64,000 nt of DNA from Candidatus Bathyarchaeota archaeon (GTDB lineage Archaea > Thermoproteota > Bathyarchaeia > 40CM-2-53-6): contig CAVPLU010000016.1 of the NCBI GenBank assembly GCA_963706285.1, positions 1-64,000 on the forward strand. Direction: 5' to 3'. The notes beneath the pieces were generated by a model. It was not told the origin of the DNA. It searched no databases and saw only the letters and a program-made list of their open reading frames with translations. Numbering within the stretch: position 1 is the stretch's first letter; each line of letters starts with the position of its first letter. The translations under genes were made by a program, and so were the position numbers. Positions 1 to 10,709 of this stretch are shown piece by piece.

Positions 1-998
1 CAATCTCTGATAGTTGAGCAGCACCTCAAGTGCGCCGTTGTCTTTCATCGCCTTTCTTATGTGCTGGAAATCTATCTCGAAGGTTTTGCCGCCGTCATAT
101 TTCTCCCGAGACCCTCAGAAGGAACAGCCGGTCGCTTACCTGATCACGCTCTTCTGCGAGCTTGAGAAGATCCTCTTGCACTTTCGCTGCGGTTGGCCGT
201 TAGCATCGTATTCGATTAGCCCGTACCGACAAACGGGATCGGCACAAAATCGATCTTCTCGAGTTTTGTGAGAATTTGACGATGAAGAAGCCTCTCTCTT
301 GGCCTTTGGCGGTGGTTTCTAGGTCACGATAGTCGGCGCCGAAGGGCGTCCCGGGATATGCTATATTGTAGCCGTACTCGTTGCTGAGGGTTTTCGTGGA
401 CTACGCCCTCCAGCATAGTAAGCGAATTGTCTGGCAGACTCTGAGCAGGGGGATCGATTCTGATTCCGCGGCGTACTTTGGTTTGTATTCGGTTACGGCG
501 CCGTGCATGACAAATATCTTGAATCCGTCTTCTTTCTCCAGCGAAGCCCTGTCCAGCACGTTGTAGTATTCTTTCTCGTTCCTGAGTCTTCTGCGGGAGA
601 TGCTGCAATAGTTTCGCATTGGTATGGTCATCGACCTGAAACTCAAGATGCAATTTACCGTTGATCATTTTGCCCTGTGTGACTTTCTTGAAGAGGCCCG
701 CACTTTCGATCAGGTCAACGATAGATGTTTGGGTTGGGCTGAAGTCGTGGCTGCCGTAAACGACGTAGAATGGGATGCCTTTTTTTGTGACTTCTCTGAT
801 CTTCTTTACCGCTGCATTTGCCAATGCCATGTCTGGGATGTTTGAGTCGAATAGGTCGCCGCTCACTATTATGAAATCGACCGCTCGCTCAATGCAGATG
901 TCCATTGCTTGTGTGAATGATTTGAGTGCAAGGTCTTGGAGAATTGGCTGTCTGAATGCTCCGATGTGGATATCCGACAGGTGAGCGAAGCTTCCCAA
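1..998 (-). CDS. mre11: Mre11 DNA double-strand break repair nuclease (frameshifted, runs off the window start)
   Basis: Metallophosphoesterase motifs AHLSDIHIG, VSGDLFD, YGSHD; continuation in other frames (MHGAV, YPGTPF); directly downstream of herA; TTG start at 998. Confidence 0.9.
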
Positions 999-1005
999 AT
1001 AGCGT

Positions 1006-2525
1006 CTACCCAGTGTACTCCAAATCTGACTGCTTCCGAGCGGCCTTCTGTTCCTTGACGAGGCTCTCAAAGAGGGGTATCTGTATCGGCACGGCGAATC
1101 TTGTGAATATACTGGTGACTATCGCCTCGCCTTTATCGAGGCTGGCTATCATCTGGTCGTCGTCTTCGAGATCTTGAGCGGCGCTATCTATTACCGCACG
1201 TCTCTCCGTAGCCATCTCGTTTCCAAGGATTATCTTCGTGTTAATGTTCGTTAGAATGTCGCGTGGAATCACACTTGTAAGCTGGGTTATCGCTATCAGG
1301 CCTACCTTGAATTTTCGCCCTTCCCTCGCGATCCGGCTGTAAACGTTTTCCCCAGCCTGCAGTTTTTCGCTTGCTAGTACTCGAGGGGCTTCCTCGATCA
1401 CGATACTAACCGGAGCTTGTCCTTGAGTGTTCCCTCGGCTTTGCTGTTCTGGTAACTGTCGAGGACGTTTGTTGCGATCATGCTTCCAATTAGAAGCTCG
1501 GCCTCGTCGCCGATCTTTGACGTGTCCATAACGACGATCTTGCCGTCCTCGAGCGCGTTCACGATCTCCTTGACTGTAGACTCGCCCGCGGTGGCGCTGA
1601 AGAGCCTATTCCTGCAGGCAATCTTTCCGTCCTTAATGTGGATGGATAGTTTGGTGTTGATGATTCGCTGCAGGACGCCGAGCGTGACGTCCTTCACGCC
1701 TTCTATTGTCGTTCCTCGGATAATATTCTCTATCCAGTTTTCCCTATATTCTGTGTAGTATCTGCGCACAGCCTGCCCCTGAGCTTCAGTGAGCGAGATA
1801 ATACCTTCAAGGTGTGAGGGCAGAATCGTCTTGAGACTCATTACTAGGGTGTTTGTGCCGGGCGACGGATTCACCGAATAGTACGCTAGCCCGCCGCTGG
1901 CTGTCGGGTGGTCTTTGAGACCTACGCCCGTTCGGCCGTAATACTCGTCATGAGCGTCCAAGACCAAGACGCCAAACTTGTGTTGACCGATAATGCTCCA
2001 GAGCATGACCTTGACCAAGTTGCTTTTCCCTCTGCCGGTAGCGGAGGGGATGAGTATGTGGTGAACCAGAGCCTCCAACCCGTCCAAGTAGACCGGAACA
2101 TCCATGACCTTCGAGCCGCTGCGAACCTTGCCGAGGTAAATTGGATTCTTCGGCCTGCTCAGGAACTGCAGGTCTTTCGCTTCTGCGTGTCTTACTGTTC
2201 CGAAGAAATCTGGAAGTGTCTTTGCCGCTTGAGGTTTGCTGGTGACTCGTAGGACCGCTTTCGCCTGCGCGATCACATAGTTTCTCAGCTGCGGTTCAAA
2301 GAACTCTAACCCGACGCCGAAACCCTCCAATTTCAGGCCGGCAATCTGTTCCCTTGCCATTTTCGATATCTGGCTTCCATAAAGAAGATCGTAGACCTGC
2401 ATTATGAGAAGGCCTTCAGCATCCTCGACCACGAGCAAGTCTCCGAGCTCGATTTTCTCGCCGCTCTTCTCACGTATGAGGATCTTGCCTATTTCGCCAG
2501 CAACAATCTGCCCGCAGACTGTCAA
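1006..2525 (-). CDS. herA: HerA bipolar DNA helicase (frameshift near 1400)
   Basis: N-terminal HAS barrel, Walker [16 protein letters not shown], Walker [17 protein letters not shown] and ITQ motifs across ORFs 1398-2525 and 1006-1401. Confidence 0.92.
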
Positions 2526-2527
2526 GC

Positions 2528-3646
2528 CTACGAGGCCCCCCGGAGGCCATTCAAAACATCGTGAGCGTCACTTGATTGCATATGGCGAACGAATTTCGCA
2601 GCAGAACCAAGCTTAGAGATTTCAGATAACAATAACACTCGATATGTCTCCAGTTCTTCGAACCTGACGCGGGCATTATCATCCGCGTCAATCAGGCCAT
2701 AAGGGTAGCCAGGAAAACTGAGGTCGCTCGCGTTGATCGATAACTCGCTGAAGATCTCATTAAGCTCCTCAGGATTGAGAGATTTTGCTTGCCCTGAATT
2801 GATCTCGTATCTGAAGATGCGTCGTGACTGATCGCTGAGCTTTAACAGGAAAATGGCCGCCTGATGATCCGTACTCAGTGAATCCGCAATAGGATAATAA
2901 TACCACACCGGTCCGACTTCGTTGTCCAAAGCAAGCCTTCTAACAGCACCCGAGAGAGATAGGCCGGTAGTAGTTAGGAGGCGACTGGTTTTCGATAAGC
3001 CTGTGCAAAGGATACCTTTCTCATTCGCCGTTGTGTATGCGGCTCTGGCATACTTGGACTCGTTCGGAAAACCTGTCCAGAGCGTACCGTCCATTACCAA
3101 GATATCCTTTCGATCAAGTTCATTCTCAAGTATTTGTTTGGCACATTGCCATTCAGCGAATCTTCTGGTTATGGAAGCAACACGTCGAATATCTGCACGT
3201 GCATTACCTACCATGATTCTCTTGTCCGCCGAATCAAATGAAATGCTGGACAAGTCAGGAACAAAACTGGAACATTTCTCATTCGCTGGAAACGTTGAGG
3301 TGTGGTAGCGTATCTTCCCGTTTTTGAAGTCGGCGTGTGTGACTGAGATGAACTCAACCTTGTTTGGCAGCGACTTCGGTTGCGTCATCTTCGCTCTCGC
3401 GAAGAGGTTGAAGTAGGTTCTGTTGAGTTGGACAGAGAAGTTTGGTGCGCCGATAAGTTCCTGATTCCCACCATCTATGAAGGCAAGTTTCCTGCCACTC
3501 TCTACGCGTCGAATTTGCGTGAGGTTGCTAGGGTTTAGAGGATACGCTCGATAGTTGCGATTGCCCAGAAATGGGTCGCCAAGGTCCTGCTCAACGATCC
3601 GGCGATCGAGATCCTGAGCAACTTTCTTCGCAACCTCACCAATCAA
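2528..3646 (-). CDS. nurA: NurA 5'-3' nuclease
   Basis: FIDGG, VMDGTL, GLSKTS, GYPYGLIDAD motifs; operonic with herA and mre11. Confidence 0.9.
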   Translation of the reverse strand: MIGEVAKKVAQDLDRRIVEQDLGDPFLGNRNYRAYPLNPSNLTQIRRVESGRKLAFIDGGNQELIGAPNFSVQLNRTYFNLFARAKMTQPKSLPNKVEFISVTHADFKNGKIRYHTSTFPANEKCSSFVPDLSSISFDSADKRIMVGNARADIRRVASITRRFAEWQCAKQILENELDRKDILVMDGTLWTGFPNESKYARAAYTTANEKGILCTGLSKTSRLLTTTGLSLSGAVRRLALDNEVGPVWYYYPIADSLSTDHQAAIFLLKLSDQSRRIFRYEINSGQAKSLNPEELNEIFSELSINASDLSFPGYPYGLIDADDNARVRFEELETYRVLLLSEISKLGSAAKFVRHMQSSDAHDVLNGLRGAS

Positions 3647-3798
3647 AGAGCGTCAATCAGCAATCTAACGAACATTCTATCTAACCCTTTGGACACCCTC
3701 AGATGGAGCATCTGTTTGGCATCTAGAAAACAGGATTAGTCAATGCCGCATAAGCTGGAAGCCATCAGCATGGGATTTGGAGATAGACTGATCCGTGT

Positions 3799-4386
3799 TT
3801 GCTAAACTTTCCAAGACCACGTGTAGCTCTCCAGAGGACCTTGTTGACTATTGGGAGCAATTCTACGAAGAGAACACGCAGCATCCGGAACTCTAAGTTC
3901 TTGGAGCATTTGAAGTGGAAGGGTGGGAAACTCACCGCAGATGATGTGAGGTATCTGTTTGGCTGGAAATACAGACCAGTACCCAGCTGGGATCCTCATC
4001 CAGTCATCAGACGCTTGCGCGAATTGAACAAGTTGAGGTTCAAGGAAGATCGCTCTGTTGTCAAATTTGCGGAAACATTTTCGAAAGGACTGGTGAAACG
4101 CTTCTTCATATGCCACATCATAAGCCCACGCAAGTACCCGGTTTGGGATCAGTATGTGCTCAAGGCACACCTCTTGATCTCTGGTCGTAGTGATGAGATT
4201 GCGCGAGCAGGCGAGCTGATCCACGATGAGAGAGAGTACGAATCCTATCGAATCGGCTTCAATAGCTGGGTCAGGCAAGTGCCAAGTAGGGTTTGGAACT
4301 CGATAGAATACCCGCCATTCCGCAGACTGGATCGCGCCTTATTTGCCATGGGAAAACACAGCCAGATCCTGCTTCGCTCGAAGTAG
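3799..4386 (+). CDS. Hypothetical protein with HhH-GPD/DNA-glycosylase-like signature
   Basis: 195-aa ORF with GWK, HIISPRKYPVWDQYV and RRLDRALF motifs. Confidence 0.5.
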   Translation: MLNFPRPRVALQRTLLTIGSNSTKRTRSIRNSKFLEHLKWKGGKLTADDVRYLFGWKYRPVPSWDPHPVIRRLRELNKLRFKEDRSVVKFAETFSKGLVKRFFICHIISPRKYPVWDQYVLKAHLLISGRSDEIARAGELIHDEREYESYRIGFNSWVRQVPSRVWNSIEYPPFRRLDRALFAMGKHSQILLRSK

Positions 4387-4440
4387 ATCCTCCTATGGAG
4401 AGATGGCAGGAGGGAGTATAGGGGGACGAGTTGGTAAATC

Positions 4441-4530
4441 ACGCCTCCCATGAGAGTTCATATCTGGATTCCCGCACCAAGAGATTCCCACACAATGCCA
4501 ATAACGACGACAAACGACGGCTCAAGCCAT
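4441..4530 (+). repeat. Dispersed tRNA-3'-end-like repeat, copy H
   Basis: acgcctcccatg..GTTCATAT-ctggattcccgc-A-CCA-agagattcccacacaa (core 4456-4479), followed by a degenerate cgacgac/ggctcaag unit. Confidence 0.7.
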
Positions 4531-4711
4531 GCTCGCAATACGAGATGCCCCGCTTCCTCTTGAGGTCAAGGTGAAAGCGTGGATCATCGCCTCCCATGAA
4601 TATGTGTGGCTAGTTTGGTGCGCATGCACCCGTGGGGGGGGGAGAGCCGCCGGCCGTCTTGAATATCGAGCAATAGGCACCTATTGCATGACATCACTGA
4701 CGTGATCAGGG

Positions 4712-5280
4712 TTAGCCGTAGCCCAATTCCTGGAGCAGGCTCACGGTGAGAGAGATGTTCGCGTCACCGAGCGTTTTAATCTTCTGGAAACCATTCCGCT
4801 TGGGATTATGCTGTAGAGTGGTTCTGCTTGGCCTAGGAATACAGTGTCCACAAGCTCCTTCCGTCAAGAGCTGCTGCAATGGCCTGTTCACTTTCGGATT
4901 GTCGAAGGGCGGAATCTTCTCTTGGAAGCATAGGAACATTATGTAAGCCCCTGCGCCCTCCCAGACTCTCACGTTGGATCGGTTTGAGGAAGTTCTTGAT
5001 GTCAGGTGCCGTCAATTGGGTTGCGTCGAATTCCGTCCCGTCATAGAACTTCGACCTTGCCTCAAATCCAAAGTCCATACAAGACCGTACGGGCTTGCTG
5101 ACCACCCTGTCGCCAATCCCGGTACAAAGTCACTGATTGCCCAGATTAGGTTTGATATAGACCAAGGCGGCTCCGGTATTCATGATGACGTGCGTTCCAA
5201 AAGTCCGCTTCAGCCACATCTATGTTAGTAGCCACCGAGTCTGTCGTTCCAATGACCAGCGTGTCTCTGGGGCTTTCGAT
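4712..5280 (-). pseudogene. Degraded ABC peptide substrate-binding protein (family 5) remnant
   Basis: Fragments in shifting frames: DTLVIGTTDSV, PGLATGWSASPYGLVWTLDLRQG, KFYDGTEFDA, PPFDNPKV; about 570 bp versus about 1.5 kb expected. Confidence 0.75.
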
Positions 5281-5397
5281 CAGCCAATAGCACAAATATC
5301 CTGCCATGTCGAGTGTGACTCCTCGACTTGGGCAGTGATCAAGGTACTGCCAGGATTGGCCATGGGTGCCCTGATAGGACTGTTCATAGGTTGATTT

Positions 5398-6042
5398 CTA
5401 GTTACAGATCCCAGCTACTCGGGCTTGATGATCGTTCGCATCTGGATTCTGTATCTCTTTGTGAAGAACGGTGAATAGGTGCCTGAGCACTGCCAGAGAC
5501 TTGTCTCTTTCCATCTTGTCAGGAATATCGTTCACACTATAGTCCATCAATGCCCGCAGGTTCACCAAGTCTGCCAAGTCCTCAGTGATGCCGCCAAGCA
5601 TGAAACTGGAGAAATTGGTGATCGCGACAGAGGTCAGCGTCAGAAAGGCTGCGAACGTTGCAGCGCTGGTGGATAGGCCTGCAATGAATGCGGAAAGCAC
5701 GACAACCAGTCCGGTAACTGATCCATCAGCTAATCCAGCTACAACTTCGATCACAGGGTCCTTCTTCAAGAGGAGCCTTCGCCATTCCTCGCCGAGTCTG
5801 ACGCCTCGATCAGTCAGCTGAACCGCTCCCTCTTGAAACAGAACGAGTCCCTCGGAAACCATCTCTTTCAACGCTCGATCGAGGTCATTCATTTCGACGT
5901 GGACGTGAGGGCCTGCACAGATCTTGTCTATCCGTCGCTTAAGTGACAGGAACTCGTGCCGATCGCCCTTGCGTAGGCTAAGAAGAACAATCACTCTTAT
6001 GATGTCAGCTAGTTCTTGGATTTCAAACGACAATTGAATCAA
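5398..6042 (-). CDS. Winged-helix domain fused to a VIT1/CCC1-like membrane segment, probably C-terminally truncated
   Basis: wHTH-like ALKEMVSEGLV..VQLTDRG followed by VVAGLADGSVTGLVVV and hydrophobic helices. Confidence 0.55.
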   Translation of the reverse strand: MIQLSFEIQELADIIRVIVLLSLRKGDRHEFLSLKRRIDKICAGPHVHVEMNDLDRALKEMVSEGLVLFQEGAVQLTDRGVRLGEEWRRLLLKKDPVIEVVAGLADGSVTGLVVVLSAFIAGLSTSAATFAAFLTLTSVAITNFSSFMLGGITEDLADLVNLRALMDYSVNDIPDKMERDKSLAVLRHLFTVLHKEIQNPDANDHQARVAGICN

Positions 6043-6137
6043 TTCACCGTCTACAGTCTGAAGCGAAACGCGCCAATTCTGTCATCTTGAGACCTTGCGG
6101 CATTACTTGACAGCTTCCCCTTTATCTTGACGGACGA

Positions 6138-6226
6138 TGGCGCGGGCATCTAGATTTGAACCGTCGTCGTTCGTGGTTTTTGGACTTAGATGTGTGCCGT
6201 GCTTGGTGCGAGCATCGGATTCTCGC
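6138..6226 (-). repeat. Dispersed tRNA-3'-end-like repeat, copy G (two units)
   Basis: Minus strand acgacgacGGTTCAAAT-ctagatgcccgc-G-CCA (6170-6138); second degenerate unit gaatccgatgctcgcACCA followed by cacaca. Confidence 0.75.
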
Positions 6227-6363
6227 TATTGAGGTTTTGGAAATGCGTAGTTTGGCAGAGAGTGAGCACGCGGACACGTGTCTCAATATGGGCACTTGGA
6301 TTCATAACAAGAAAAATCGGATTTAAGAAAAAAGAGGGGTGCGTATTGATGGAGATTGGTTGT

Positions 6364-7723
6364 TTATTTGACGTATGTTGGTACGGTGATTTTTGCTGGT
6401 TCGTATTCGCTGAGTTTCTTGCCCAGGAACATTTCGTATGCTGATAGGTCTAGGAGTCCGTGGCCGCTGCAGTTGAACGCTATCACTTTCGCCTCGCCGC
6501 TCCTCTTGCAGGCGAGCGCTTCGTCTATTGCGCATTTTATGGCGTGTGATGTTTCGGGTGCTGGGATGAGTCCTTCTGTGCGTGCTAGGAGTAGTGCGGC
6601 GTCGAATATTTCGTTCTGTCCGTAGGCGACTGGATTTCATGTATTTCTTGTTGATGAGGTAGGAGATGAGTGGCGCCATTCCGTGGTATCGTAGGCCGCC
6701 TGCGTGGATCGGTGGGCAAGCGTACATGTGTCCGAGCGTCAGCATCTTCGCGAGTGGTGTCATTCCGGCTGTGTCTCCGAAGTCGTACGTATAGACGCCT
6801 CGTGTGGTGTGTGGTACTGCTTTTGACTCGCATGCAATGAATTCGGTGTTCTTCTTTCCTTGCAGTTTGTCCATCATGAATGGGAAGGAGAAGCCTGCAT
6901 AGTTTGATCCGCCGCCGATGCAGCCAATGACTACGTCGGGATAGGTGTCCAGTTTCTCGAATTGTTTCTTTGCCTCCAATCCAACGATGGTTTGGTGCAT
7001 CAGCACGTGGTTGAGTACTGATCCGAGGCAGTAGCGTGTATCTTCGCGGGCGAGCGTGTCCTCAAGAGCTTCGCTGATTGCAATTCCTAATGTGCCTGGA
7101 TGGTTCTTGTTCTTCTTGAGTAGGCTTCGGCCGAATTTTGTCTTGTTGCTTGGGGATGGGAATACTTCTGATCCCCATGTTTCCATCATGATTCGGCGGC
7201 CCGGTTTCTGATTGTAGCTGACGCGAACCATGTATGCTCGGCATTTGAGGTCGAAGAAAGCGGACGCCATCGCAAGGGCGGATCCCCATTGGCCAGCGCC
7301 TGTTTCAGTGACGATTCGCTCTACTCCCTGCTTCTTGCAGTAGTATGCTTGAGCGATCGCCGTGTTCGGCTTGTGGCTACCGGCAGGGTTCGTGTATTCG
7401 CATTTGAAGAAGATCTTCGCAGGCGTCTTCAGATACGCTTCGAGTCGTCTTGCTCGGAATAGTGGTGTGGGTCGGGGTAAGCGCAGGTAGGCGTCGAGGA
7501 CTTCGTCGGGTATCGTGATGTAGCGTTCTTTCGAGTCTTCCTGTCGGACGAGTTCTTCTGCCCATATTCGAGGAGTTAGACCTGGGCTCAGCGCCTCTTT
7601 CGTGCCGGGGTGCAGTAGTGGTGGCAAAGGCTCGGGAAGGTCGGCTTGGATGTTGTACCACGAGGTCGGTATTTCATCTTGGTTCAGGAACGTTGCACAG
7701 TGGTTTCTAATACTGTTCGACAT
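6364..7723 (-). CDS. trpB2: TrpB-like PLP enzyme (TrpB2), frameshift near 6630
   Basis: PAGSHKPNTA, TETGAGQWGSA, GCIGGGSN, IHAGGLRYHG; alternative frame ends SGHGLLDL..YVK-stop at 6364. Confidence 0.93.
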
Positions 7724-7920
7724 TTCATTTCACCAGAAATTCACGGAGGTCGAGTCGACGAGGTCTTCGTATGGGGGCGGGGCGTTCAGTCAAGTAGGCT
7801 ATGGTTGTGTGCCGTCCAAACGCAGTCACCTGTCATCGAATTTGACCTCCGGATTGGCTCGCCGAGTATGCAACGTCTAATTTAAAGCTTCGTTGTGCTA
7901 TTATGTACGTTGAAGTACAA

Positions 7921-8421
7921 ATGTGGAGACAGATATCCCACCGCCTCGACGAATACCCCGGACGCCTCAAAGTAGCCAGAGCACTAGTCGAACTTGGACT
8001 AAGCGTCAAGGAAGGCAAGATCTTCTGCGGAGACGTAGAACAATCGGAACTCAAGATGGCTAGAGCAATTGGAGTGGATCGGCGAACCGTCAGGGAAACA
8101 GCCGAACTCATAGAGTCTGACCCAATGCTCCAACCTGTCTTCAAAGGATTGAAACCCGCAGGCCCCTTCCTCCCCAATGTCGCGCGTTTTCTCGGTTATC
8201 GTGTAATCGAAATCTATGCGGATCCGCACGCCGTCGGAATAGTCACAGAAGCCTCTTCACTGATCTCTCAGGAGGGGATCTCGATTCGACAAGCCGTCGC
8301 TGACGATCCCGATCTGATTCCAGAACCGAAACTCACGCTAGTAGTCGAAAGAGAGCCTTCCGGCGAGGCGATTCAGAAGATGCTTAAGATTCCCGGTGTA
8401 ACAAAGGTTGCCACATACTAG
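7921..8421 (+). CDS. Archaeal amino-acid metabolism regulator with HTH and ACT domain (COG2150-like)
   Basis: MARAIGVDRRTV HTH; ISIRQAVADDP ACT motif. Confidence 0.8.
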   Translation: MWRQISHRLDEYPGRLKVARALVELGLSVKEGKIFCGDVEQSELKMARAIGVDRRTVRETAELIESDPMLQPVFKGLKPAGPFLPNVARFLGYRVIEIYADPHAVGIVTEASSLISQEGISIRQAVADDPDLIPEPKLTLVVEREPSGEAIQKMLKIPGVTKVATY

Positions 8422-8433
8422 CTGGGAGACGCG

Positions 8434-9225
8434 CTGAGACTACAAGATCTCATCTCGATCGCGCGTGAGGCCGGAGACGCGCTTGCAAGAGACTTTGGCA
8501 AGAAGCATCTAGCCGAAGTGATCGGGGTCGGAGACTCCGGAGACGTAACGATCGGTGCTGACGATCTCTCCGAAAAGATCGTGCTCAAACGCCTGAAAGA
8601 GATCGACAACATCGAAGTGATGTCTGAAGAAGCTGGCCGAGTCGTGTTTGGCAAGCCCCAGTACAGGGTCATCCTCGACCCGCTCGACGGAAGTTCAAAT
8701 TACAAACGAAACATTCCACTCTTCTCAGTCTCCATCGAAGTTCGAACCTTCCCAGATCTAGAGCCCACGATGGCCGTGATCTATGAACCGATGAATCGAA
8801 AGATGTTCTCTGCGGAAAAAGGAAAAGGCGCGTTCCTAGACGACTCAGAAATTCACCCAAACCAAGAAAGGCCATTCGCGGAATGCCTGTTCGACTTGGA
8901 CCTTCACACTGCAGCGGAAGAGAAGAAATTCATGAGGTGCATGGAGGCGTTTCGCAAATTCGGCGCCTCATTGAAGAGCTTTCGTAGCGTCGGATCATGC
9001 GCAATATCGCTCGCTTACACCGCATGCGGAACACTCGACGGCTTCCTCGACTTCACCAAGAACAGTAGAATGGTCGACGTAGCCGCCGGACTTTTGATAC
9101 TGCAAGAGGCGGGAGGCGTCACAACCGATATTCGAGGCAACCCGATCACCGAGGCATATGATTCGCTGATCGCATGTTCCAGCGAGCAACTCAATCGCAA
9201 GATCAGAAAGCTACTACTCGAGTAA
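8434..9225 (+). CDS. Inositol monophosphatase / FBPase family protein
   Basis: SEEAG, ILDPLDGSSN, DVAAGLLILQEAGG; probable in-frame CTG start at 8434. Confidence 0.88.
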   Translation: MRLQDLISIAREAGDALARDFGKKHLAEVIGVGDSGDVTIGADDLSEKIVLKRLKEIDNIEVMSEEAGRVVFGKPQYRVILDPLDGSSNYKRNIPLFSVSIEVRTFPDLEPTMAVIYEPMNRKMFSAEKGKGAFLDDSEIHPNQERPFAECLFDLDLHTAAEEKKFMRCMEAFRKFGASLKSFRSVGSCAISLAYTACGTLDGFLDFTKNSRMVDVAAGLLILQEAGGVTTDIRGNPITEAYDSLIACSSEQLNRKIRKLLLE

Positions 9226-9363
9226 GCACGCCTGAGCCCTTACGTGCTCAACGGTAATCGGGGCGAAGTCATATGAGCCGAAATGATTGCTGATTATTTG
9301 CCATTATTCGACAAGCGAAAGGCCTATGAGTGAAGCCCCGCGTCTTGCGCGAAAGTGCGTCAC

Positions 9364-10450
9364 ATGCAGACCGCAACCGTTGCCAAACCGAAGCTCTTCG
9401 GCTCGCTCATATCCGAAGTGTTGAATCGTAATCTTTGTACATCCTGCGGCGGCTGCGTCGCATCCTGCCCAGTATACATTCTTCAGATGCAAGGCGAGAA
9501 TCCCACGATGAAGGGGAAATGCGAACTCTGCCAAGTCTGCTACTACTCATGCGCGGGCGCAGCATTCCCAATAGACGAAGTTGAGAAAGCAATCTTTGGA
9601 AGACCTAGAGACGCTGACGAGCCGATCGGCATCTACAACACAATAGCGAACGCTCGTTCCATGAAAGAAGAGATTCTGCAAAAGAGCCAAGATGGCGGAG
9701 TCGTCACCTCGGTTCTTGGATATGCGCTTGAAAGCGGCAAGGTCGATGCCGCCGTGGTCACATCCCTCGACAAACAGATGTCGTGGAAAGCGATTCCGAG
9801 CGTCGCGCTGGATTACTCCGATGTTCTGAACGCCGCGGGGACGAAGTACACTCCCTCTCCAACATTGATCGGCCTCATGTCAGCCGCACAGGAATAGATG
9901 GAAAGAAGAAGGTCGCAATAGTATAGGCACTCCGTGCCAGATCCGAACATACAGGAGAATGCAGACATCACATCTCGGCGCGAAGAAACTTGCGAGCACA
10001 GTCTCACTTGCGATCGGATTATTCTGCATGGAAAGCTATCACTACGACAAACTACTCGGAGATTACCTCCAAACCAAGAATGTTGAGTTGAGCAAGGTCA
10101 GTCGGTTCGAGATGAAGAGCGGAGAATTCCGAGTCTACACTGGAAAACAAGAGACACTGAATGTTCCGATCAAGGAGCTGGATGTGCTTAGACGAGCAAA
10201 CTGCAAAGCCTGCGAAGATTTCTCAGCCGAATTCGCCGACATATCCCTAGGAGGCGTGGGATGCTCGGAGGGTTGGTGTACTGTGATCGCTCGCACAACC
10301 CGCGGACAGGAATTCCTAATCAACGCTGAAAAGAATGGTTGGATAGAGCTGAAACCCATCGACTCTGAGAAATGCGGAATGGAGCAGATACTCAGACTCT
10401 CAGCTAGCAAGAAGACGAGCATGCAGAAGAACGAGTCTGTGCATACCTAG
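9364..10450 (+). CDS. Coenzyme F420 hydrogenase/dehydrogenase beta-subunit family protein (FrhB-like), interrupted near 9897-9930
   Basis: CTSCGGCVASCP ferredoxin, SQDGGVVT, AAGTKY, GTPCQ in the junction, IGLFCME, CKACEDFSAEFADIS. Confidence 0.85.
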
Positions 10451-10555
10451 CCGCCCACACCATTAGCTCCGACGACGAAAAACGAACGCCTCTCCTATGA
10501 CGGTTCAAATTCCGATGCCGCACCTAGGCAACTACACACAACAGGGTCAGATTCC
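10451..10555 (+). repeat. Dispersed tRNA-3'-end-like repeat, copy A
   Basis: cgcccacacca..cgacgacgaaaaacgaacgcctctcctatgacGGTTCAAATtccgatgccgcacct..cacacaa immediately after the FrhB-like stop. Confidence 0.7.
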
Positions 10556-10709
10556 ATCATCCTTTCGACGACCTGCCGATTGGCCCTCTCGATCTCATCT
10601 TTGATCTGACCCGGACTCGTGAAGTCAAAGTCTCGGCTATTCGTTGAAACTTGATCCAAAGTGTAGAAGAGAATCTCTCTACTCTTGCTTCAGAGCCTGA
10701 ACGGCTTTT

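Noticed and set aside
1006-3646. herA-nurA as an antiviral HerA system
   Set aside because: Operonic with mre11, this is the standard archaeal end-resection module.
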